Of a stretch of DNA of 64,000 nucleotides, positions 55,191 to 64,000 are shown piece by piece. Each line of letters opens with the position of its first letter. The stretch's first letter is position 1. Made by a program: the position numbers and the translations under genes. The stretch comes from Botryllus schlosseri (Eukaryota): positions 1,738,001 through 1,802,000 of the forward strand of contig CM119373.1 of assembly GCA_051294905.1 (NCBI GenBank), written 5' to 3'. A model generated the notes under the pieces. The model worked only from the letters and a program-made list of their open reading frames with translations, searched no databases and was not told the origin of the DNA.

Positions 55191-57399
55191 CCGAGTCACC
55201 TTTGAAAATCAAGTGACTTGACTTGACTCGAGTCAAAATGAATTGGCAACAAAACGTTTCCATGAATCTCGACGAAGTCACAAAATCAATGTAAATACAG
55301 GCCAATGGCACACAAAGGCAGACAAACGTTTACAGGGGATCCAAATATAAATAAGCAGTGGGACAGTATTGAATGCTTACACATCGGAATTGTATACTAT
55401 ATTGTTCCACATAATTCCATCGTTAATAATTCAACGGTATGAAGTGTATGCTCCAGCAGTATAGCTAACCCGTCGCTTCCACAATTGCATGTCTTAAATT
55501 GATATTTATCCAAACTTCAAGTCAAAAATATGGATGTGCGAACCTGAATCTAGTAGCTATGAAATTCTAAATCCGATATTGATCGAATGAACCCTGCAAG
55601 ATTGATATCTGAAATCGGTTCATCAAACAAACGGTATGTGCGAATTCACAATCGTAATATCGAGAATCAACATCTGTGACTTTTCAGTGTCTTCTGATGG
55701 GAGTGCAATTCTTCAAAAAATATCACAAACCATAACGTATTCTTTATTGCAGTCTTACCATAGCGGTACCCTATATAAAAAGATTGATGTGGCAATTATA
55801 CAATTCATTTTTTATGTCGAAACAATAATACACCGTGTCGACCGGCACTGATATCTTAATGTCTAATATAATGAAAATCGAAACCACTAAGAATAATATT
55901 GTTAAAATTTCGTCTCCACCAGCTTCAGAAACTGCCCATCTTCGACAGTACACTACTCCCGGGTTCTTATTATGACGTGGCGGAAATTGCAAAAGCCACC
56001 AAATGCGCCGAAGTGTGTGTACCGAACCCAATTCCAACGTCCACGTTTACGGTTTAATCTCTTGTATTCTTACCAACGCACACTCGGGGTCAACATCCAG
56101 TTACGACTAAAAAGAGTGGTGGGATAGCGTAGTGGTGTAATCCACTGCTGCAACACCTATGGGTTACTGGTGCGAGTGCGACCAATTTCGACTCTAGAAT
56201 TCCTAATTAAGAGTTGGAGGTTTAGCTAGGCTCCTCCTCGCCATCTCATACGCGTAACAGACTTGGACAACTAGATAATTCTAGTTGTCTAATTTCACTA
56301 AATTAGAGCGAAATAGCAGTAATCGAATTCTAATCTAATTTATAAAATTTTCTATGCTCCAATTCTAATTCTAATTCTGATTCTAATCTAAATTGAGAAA
56401 CGTTCTTATACTCTAATTTTAATTCTAATCTAATTCATTGTTTTCCTGAAAATGCCTATTTGACTGCGGCATGTTGCCGCGAGTCCCTCTCGTACAGGGA
56501 AGTCCAGAGCCAAGACGCCATCGCATTACTTGCACCGTACAGAAATAGTAGTTATTGTGCGACGAATAAGAGCCATACTGGCATAGTAGCTTGTTTGTTG
56601 GTTTTCTTGAACAATTGCGAGGCTTATTGAATAAGCATGTTATATGCGCCATGATAAGAAATGTTGCAATGTTCATTGATCTTTGCCTTATGAACTCTTT
56701 TCGGACTACTTCCAGTCACACACCCATTCATCATTGATATCCATCTCGTTTGCATACGACCTCGTCAGTGTCTTTTACCGACGATTTTCGAAACTCGACT
56801 TTAATTGATCAATCTGGGCTTTTCTTACGGCACTGCATACGCAGTGACGTCAGCTACTAACGATTCGATATTCGGGCAAGCCAGACATGTTGCTAGATGA
56901 AAGACTATCTCATCCTAAAGATTGGCTTTGGGGACGCCCTATAGCCCTAGTTTTCCAAGCGCCTCGGTGTCGAGTGCACTGTACGTCATGGCAATATCCC
57001 TATTCATGCCAGCTGACTCTCCATCGATGGAATGCTGTTGCCTTCGTTGAAGCTATTTCCGCTATAGCGAGGAATAGTGTTGTTTGGCACAGACGAATAG
57101 GTTCATTCAAAACTACAACAATAATAATTTGAAACTGAAATCATTTTCGCATTTCAAAATGCTTTATTCGCGTTCTTCCAAATTCACAGATCAGATCGCC
57201 GGCCGCAAAATACAACCTCGCGGGCCGCCTGTTGATGACCCCTGGTATTGTGCAAAACGAGCAAAGCTTAATATACGGACGTTAACCAATCTCTTTGTTA
57301 TGAGACTCCATTGTGATTTGATATGAACTGAACTTTTTGCTGCATTTATTTCTCATTCAAATTTTCATTCGATTTCCAAGTTTTTCCGAATTCAAATTC

Positions 57400-58195
57400 T
57401 GATGCTAATTATAATCTAATTTGGAAAAAAGCTGTGTAGCTTTAATTCTAATTCTAATCTAATTTGGAAAAATTGTATAGCTCTAATTCTAATTCTAATC
57501 TAATTTGGAAAAAGCTGTGTAGATGTAATTCTAATTCTATTATAATCTGGAAAAAAAGCTGTGTAGATTTAATTCTAATTTTAATTTAATTTGGAAAATA
57601 TGCATAGCTCTAATTATAATTCTAATATAATTTGGAAAAAGCTGTGTAGATCTAATTCTAATTCTAATCTAATTTGGAAAAAGCTGTGTAGATTTAATTC
57701 TAATTTCAATCTAATTTGGAAAAATTGTATAGCTCTAATTATAATTATAATCTAATTTGGAAAAAGCTGTGTAGATCTAATTCTAATTCTAATCTAATTT
57801 GGAAATAACTGTGTTGATCTAATTCTAATTCTATTCTAATCTGAAAAAAAGCTGTGTAGCTTTATTTCTAATTTGAATCTAATTTGGAAAAATTGTATAG
57901 CTCTAATTATAATTATAATCTAATTTGGAAAAAGCTGTGTGGATCTAATTCTAATTCTAATCTAATTTGGAAATAACTGTGTTGATCTAATTCTAATTCT
58001 ATTCTAATCTGAAAAAAAGCTGTGTAGCTTTATTTCTAATTTGAATCTAATTTGGAAAAATTGTATAGCTCTAATTATAATTCTAATCTAATTTGGAAAA
58101 AGCTGTGTAGATCTAATTCTAATTCTAATCTAATTTGGAAATAACTGTATAGCTCTAATTCTAATTCTAATATAATTTGTAAAAGCTTAAAAATT
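57400..58195 (+). repeat. ~41-bp satellite (AATTCTAATTCTAATCTAATTTGGAAAAAGCTGTGTAGATCT), about 19 copies
   Basis: Directly visible; only 1-4 units at paralogous sites (~1140, ~12470, ~22740, ~34600). Confidence 0.95.
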
Positions 58196-59674
58196 CTTAG
58201 TTGTCCAAGTAAGCGGTGTCATATAAAAGCATGAGTGGGCCTTGCAGCAAGTCAGCAGCTACGGATTTTAAATGAAGCACATTGTCCCGGTGTAAATGAC
58301 CATAGTATTCGACAAATCCCAAGATTACCTCAAAACAAACAAACAAGCGACTAAAAAGGGAGCATAAAAATACGCCAACTTCTATCGTCGTTACTGCCAC
58401 TGATTTAGCGCTCCATAACTGTACTCAACAGGCAAATCATCGCATTTTTGCCAATTTCATTGTTCGCGAATAAAGTCGTTGCTAGAATATAAACCCTATG
58501 ATCCGTGATATGTTCTAATGTACTAATATGTATGTATATAATGATAGATAATAAAGTATTCAAGTGAAAATAGGGACATGTGACAAAATCTTGAAATGAG
58601 TTGACTGATGGTCCGGCCTGTGAGAGATTTGAAGGTTTGCATCCGACCCGCGTCGCCTTTTCAGATTCACAATCCTGCTCTAAGCTGAATCGCCATGACG
58701 AGATAGCATAATGGTATGATCCACGGCTGTAACACCAATTGGTTGCGGGTTCGATGCTGACCGAGGTCCACTCCAGAATTCCCAGCCAAGTGTTACAGAT
58801 TTATCTAGGGCTATGCTACTCTTTATTCACCAGATCAGCGGTAGTGGTTTCTTAAAAAAGCCTAGAAGTGGATCGTGCTATGAGTGCTCTCAATATTGCA
58901 GGCCCTGAGTATCTTCTGCACAGCGATCAATGTATATTTTTATAATTGAATGCTTCTTGGCTTTGCATTCAGGACAGTTTGTTTTACATGCAATCGAAAT
59001 TTAAATCATTGGTAAAACAGAGTATATATTGCACGACATTAATATTGCGCACATTGTCTATTATAATATTTGAGATTCTATATAGTTGCTGAGTGACGTA
59101 AAGACCGAGTGAGTGTCTCACTTCGATTTCCCAAAAGTGTTTATGAATACTGGCTGAGTGCCGCAGAAACCCTATAGTACTGTCATTATTGAGTGATCAT
59201 TAGTAAATTAGTAATCATAAAAACTGCATAACGGTATGCTTTAAAGTTGCCAAACACAGTAGACCTGCCGTCTCCGTGGATTCAATCGGACAGATTTACT
59301 TGCCGACATCCTGATGGCGACCACTTTTTGAAGGAGGAATAGATTGCTATTATTCCAGTTAACAGAATTCAACGTCGAAATCAGCCAACACATATTTTAC
59401 TCAGAGGACCGAGTTTCCAAATAATGTCAGCCAAATAGCTCATAGGTAATTTTACAAATTTCTGTTGTGTTTGAGTGTATTCGATCAAATGAAATCTAGA
59501 ACATTCTACTCGACTCGAAGATCAATTCTCGTTTCGAAATCGTATCTTCCGAGCCGTCGATTTCGCCCAGTCACAGTTGCAAGATTATGGTATTTTGAAG
59601 TCTACTGACAGTAATTTCGATTTCATTTTCGAAGCATAATAAAAGTCATTTTATCCGATATTTTATCATTTTAG

Positions 59675-59842
59675 TTGCAACAGCTCGGAATCGTCGACAA
59701 CTCAATGAAAGAAGATGGATATGAAATACTCGTTCACATTCTGAAGCTGTCAGATTGCAAGAAATTGGTGCTCCAAGATTGTTGTCTCACCAACACCAAG
59801 TTGCAAGGAGTATTGAACGGAAGTCGGGATCAAAATATCCAG
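59675..59842 (+). CDS. LRR exon copy 4
   Basis: ttttag|...|gtgcgt, 168 bp, LQQLGIVDNSMKEDGYEILVHILKLSDCKKLVLQDCCLTNTKLQGVLNGSRDQNIQ. Confidence 0.72.
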
Positions 59843-60568
59843 GTGCGTCATCATGAACAATACGTAATATCCAAGAAGACATGACACATATTGCACACAT
59901 TGTCTATTATAATATTTGGGATTCTATATAGTTGCTGAGTGACGTAAAGACCGAGTGAGTGTCTCACTTCGATTTCCCAAAAGTGTTTATGAATACTGGC
60001 TGAGTGCCGTAGAAACCCTATAGTACTGTCTTTATTGAGTGATCATTAGTAAATTAGTAGTCATAAAAACTGCATAACGGTATGCTTTAAAGCTGCCAAA
60101 AACTGTAGACCCGTCTCCGTGGATTCACTCGGACAGATTTACATGCCGATATCCTAATGGCGACAACATTTTGAAAGAGGCAGAGATTGCTATCATTCCA
60201 GTCATCAGAATTCTACGTCGAAATCGGCCCCACATATTTGTTCCTCAGAAGGCCGAGTTTCAAATATTGCCAGGGAACTAGCTCGTAGGTAATTTTACAA
60301 ATCAATATTGTGTTTGATTGTACTCGATCAAATGAAATCTAAAACATTCTATTCGACTCGAGGATCAATTCTCGATTCGGAATCGTATCTTCCTAGCCCT
60401 GGATGTCGCCCGGCCACGATTGCAATATTATTTTACTTGAAATGATGGCGAAGCAATCGTAGCAGAGTAATGTGATACTAATAGTATTTTACAGTTTATT
60501 GACAGGAATTTCAATTTCATTTTCGAAGGCTAATGAAAGTAATGTTATACGATATTTTATCATTTTAG

Positions 60569-60736
60569 TTGCAAAGGCTCCTTATCATCGACAATTCAAT
60601 GACTGAAGATGGATATGAAATACTCGTTCACATTCTGAAACTGTCAGATTGCAAGGAATTGGCGCTCGCAAATTGTTGTCTCACCAAGACTAAGTTGCAA
60701 GGAGTGTTGAACGGATGTCGGGATCAAAATATCCAG
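60569..60736 (+). CDS. LRR exon copy 5
   Basis: ttttag|...|gtgcgt, 168 bp, LQRLLIIDNSMTEDGYEILVHILKLSDCKELALANCCLTKTKLQGVLNGCRDQNIQ. Confidence 0.8.
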
Positions 60737-60849
60737 GTGCGTCATCATGAACAATCCGTAATATCCAAGAAGACATGTCATCTTACGATTCGAAATTGTT
60801 CGTCATCCTACTTCGCCTCAAATCCATGCAGCACAAAATCGTTCATCAT

Positions 60850-61850
60850 TTATTCTATCGTTTACCAATACTCGGCGGAGGTAATTCGAATACCGCAGGC
60901 GTTTAGTATTTGGCAACACAGATTACTTTGGACATTTTTAAAATTGTTAACGACGCGACAGCGTAGATATCATAAATATAGGAATATTCATGACATAAAT
61001 CTAGCCGAAAAGGCCGAAAGGGTGATAAAATTAGTTTTAGTGTTTGTTGGTGCGGTTCCATGCACCTGTTGTCATGGATTGGAATTTGGGAATTCTAGAA
61101 AAATTGTTGCTGGTAGAAATGCAGAAAATAATTTGCAGGTTTGGTATGGCTTCTTTGATCTATTGTGAGGTAATATGCAGAAAAGGGCTGATGTTGCATT
61201 TAGGATTTTGGGCCGAAAATTGGGCACACTTTCATACTTTCACGTTGCCTATAAATTAGGGTGTATAGAGCTATGTCGATTAATGATTGTCAACTTGGGA
61301 GGTCAAGAAATAACAGCATGCAACAAAGTGACTGATAAAAATTGGCCCACAGCATGATGCACCATTATGCAAAACTTGCCCTCAGTTTTTGAAGACACCC
61401 CTTGATCAACTCTACCGGTGAATGCGATCACGGGGGCTGAAAAAGAATTAATGTTTGATAGGAATATGTGAAACTATCAACAATAATGACGAAATTCATT
61501 AGTGAATCTGAAAGTTTTTCGCACTTCGCGCGATCATAACCGTTCCCGTAACATGACCAATTGACCACTCGCGATTTCGGTGCTGGTGCGTGTAGTAAGC
61601 GAATATGAACTAATAGATAAGTCTGGAGCTCACCGGAAATGGAGATGGATCTCTTAACATCGGTATTTGGCATCCTGATAGTTCATCGCGACTATGCCAT
61701 GGAATGTGGCCGCAGGCTACATGATTAACCGTAATGCAGCCGTGAATAGGAGAAGGGTTTGCAACCACTGATTCACCCCTTGGAAATGAATTCCAGCTAA
61801 GCTTTTCATTCAAGAGAGCTTGATTCTCATGCACTGAAAATTCAAATCAT
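60850..61850 (-). pseudogene. Decayed intronless 7TM-like pseudogene downstream of each LRR exon (copies ~14420-15380, ~25980-28150, ~45020-45850, ~49150-50480)
   Basis: One minus frame gives spaced hydrophobic segments with several stops: LQTLLLFTAALRLIM, LSISSYSLT, FHIFLSNINSF, GQFLSVTLLHAVI, NTKTNFITLSAFSARF, RVVNNF. Confidence 0.4.
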
Positions 61851-61899
61851 TCAATTTTTTTTCATCCCGGTGTTGAAGCATTTACAATTTGCCAGCGAC

Positions 61900-62540
61900 G
61901 TCTAAACTAGTTGACAATACGCAACAGTATTTTAATAATCTGGAATATGTAGGCTATTGTGCTGCATCCGGAAAATTTCGCGAGCCTTATCTTTCATTAC
62001 GTGTCGCTATATATCTGGCCGCAAAACCATGTATTCCATGAAGCTCATTGTAAAATGACAGCATGTAACGAAGTTTATTTAAGCGCTGTTAACGAAACGA
62101 CCGGCGGACGGTCATATTATCAGTATATATTATAGGATAATAGCCCACGTTAGAAATCTAACCACCAACGCCGACTGAGTAACGAAAATCAATTTAGTGT
62201 TTGATGTTTGACTCAAATGCACTCGGGGGCCAATTTTCAAATTTTTGACTACCCTGCGGAACACGACGTCAATATGGGTATTCAATGTATGTTCAAGTAT
62301 GTCGTATTTGACGAGGTGAAATTGTACTATTGGCCGGAATAGCAGATTGAGATTCCGCAAATATAGTGAACTTTGATTTACTACTTATTTTACCAATTTA
62401 CGCGTGGCACCAATGAAAACCACATTCACAAATATTTGACTAAAATTGTCGTTCTACTAGGCAGGGAGTACGCATCATTTGTCGCAATTATGAGAAATAG
62501 GCACCATGGCCGAATCTAGGTTTTGGGTGACATATTGATA
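61900..62540 (-). pseudogene. Second tandem 7TM-like pseudogene, C-terminal half (copies ~15420-15660, ~28210-28860, ~45910-46550, ~50550-51200)
   Basis: SNTKLIFVTQSALVVRFLTWAIIL*...RFVNSA*INFVTCC resembles TM6 (F..W) and TM7 (NS..NF); visibly paralogous to the adjacent pseudogene. Confidence 0.4.
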
Positions 62541-64000
62541 AGTGTAGGCCCGGGGTAGGCAAACCCCGGCACGCGTGCCATTTGTGCCACGCGAAATGAT
62601 TTTTCATGGCATGCCAAATGATTTCACGGAAACGACATATTCATACCATGTTTTTGCAAAAAGTGAAACAGAAGTTTTCAAAACGTGAAATGCTCGTAGG
62701 CGATCCAAAATTATTATTATTATTTCACATTTTACAGTGGTGCTTCTCGCCTTTTTCAGGTATGTGCACCACGACACGAATATTTGCAATGTTCATAAGT
62801 CTTTGTCTTTGTGTTAATCTTGGGGACGACTTCTTCATTCTTTCGCACATCCAGAGGTCAGTCTCTCTCGCACCAATGCGTCCCCGTCGAGGTCTTTGCT
62901 GCCGACTTCTAGGACGGCTCACTTTCAATCTGGGCTTTTTAATGCACTGCAACTGCAGTGAGATCGGCAATGGGTAGCCCAGAGAAATCTCCGACACATA
63001 GAGCCTGATGTGTTAATTATGCTGTGGGAACCCCCAATAAATAGATAAATATATATGTTGTATTTATAAAATGTTTTAAAAATCTATGCATAGTGTACAA
63101 AAATGAGTCAACCGTATTAGCAGTTGTGAAAGAACATCAACCGAACATCGTTTGAAAACGTTTGGATTCTTTAGTCTAGGAGTGTTATTCACTGTGTAGC
63201 CTGCGGGAGTGCAACTACTGAACCGGCATTACGACGCTGGGCATCTTCACGCTATAGAATACATGACCTAGATATAGAGTTTCGGACAATATCCGACCAT
63301 GCGACTAACAGGCGGTCTATGCGTTGCCAAAGTGATTGGCGGCGATAAAACCTTGAAACAAAATAGCCGCTGCATCATGGACAAAACGTTAGACCTTGAT
63401 ATGTCCACTGGCAAGGCGCCGAAGTGACCAGCGCCGAATGACCAGCGCCCGCACCTGCAGCTTGAGCCGCACGTATCAAATGAGATCTGCCAAGGAAAAT
63501 AATCAGCCCCGTGTCCAAATGCGAATCGTGTTCGTCTCTCGGGCGTAGAGTCTGGTGTGCACGCGATTCAATATCTTGAGCAACGCCAATCCTTACCGCT
63601 TGACTGCGACCTTTGCCGACAAATATAGTGTCAGACCGACCTTAATGTGACGCCAAACCGATTTGAATGAGACTGTGGGGAGGGGGGAAACATTTTTCAT
63701 CATCATCAGACCATATCATCGTAGCTACACTGATTGGCCCGTCATTTATGATTTATTGGATACGGTAACCAACATAGTGGACTTGGAAACGATCCAATCA
63801 ACCACACAAGATCGATCATTGCCCAATGGCGCGACTGAAAATAAATTATGTAAATATCACGTGAGCCTACATATAAGCGATAGGTCGGGTACGGTAGTGT
63901 CCAAAATTCAATCCCTTCACGGCCAATCAAGAATTGCTGGCGTGACGAATGGCGTTGCCAGGCGTAGAAAAACGGTTGGTGGTGTTCCTTGCTGCTTGAA

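Larger units (their letters stand above)
1650..63515 (+). repeat. Tandem segmental duplication array of the exon-containing unit (approx. 1650-16260, 18260-32160, 32190-49100, partial 49110-53100, 53140-59890, 59890-63515)
   Basis: The same blocks recur colinearly, e.g. 'ccgtctccgtggattca' at ~13700/25040/44340/59270/60110, 'cggactacttccagtcac'-like at ~11750/22010/33895/56700 and 'aaaagagtgg.gg' SINE heads at ~7905/33300/56110. Boundaries are approximate. Confidence 0.9.

Noticed and set aside
54580..55311. 243-aa and 184-aa ORFs of repeated VKSSQ
   Set aside because: They are translations of the (TTGAC)n microsatellite, not genes.
57400..58195. CRISPR-like repeat-spacer array
   Set aside because: The intervening segments are variants of one another rather than unique spacers; the context is eukaryotic and no cas genes are present.
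60569..61168. 199-aa ORF (and the longer ORFs at 14121, 25431, 44796) as complete genes
   Set aside because: The frame runs past the conserved CAG|gtgcgt donor; the downstream reading frame is not conserved among copies.

Overview
AT-rich, repeat-dense animal genomic DNA with spliceosomal introns, tRNA-derived SINEs, and hAT, EnSpm and Penelope elements. It is probably a marine invertebrate such as a tunicate, which is an inference only. The window is a tandem array of about 5-6 diverged copies of a multi-kb unit, and different copies carry different transposon insertions. The only intact host coding sequence found is one symmetric (phase 0-0) 168-bp exon encoding two ribonuclease-inhibitor/NLR-type LRRs. 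It occurs five times on the + strand (14157, 25431, 44796, 59675, 60569), always open with intact AG/GT, and its amino-acid changes cluster on the exposed beta-strand positions. This suggests a large LRR immune-receptor (NLR-like) gene that grows and diversifies by exon-plus-intron duplication. The introns contain decayed intronless 7TM/GPCR-like pseudogenes, one of which lies inside a hAT-type element. They also hold a complete 8.6-kb CMC-EnSpm transposon (intact 708-aa transposase plus a spliced DUF4806-type gene), a 5.6-kb non-autonomous EnSpm element with a SAMD3-like gene, many nested hAT MITEs with verifiable 8-bp TSDs, LINE and Penelope fragments, and several satellites. Family names come from motif recognition by eye; no database searches were run.
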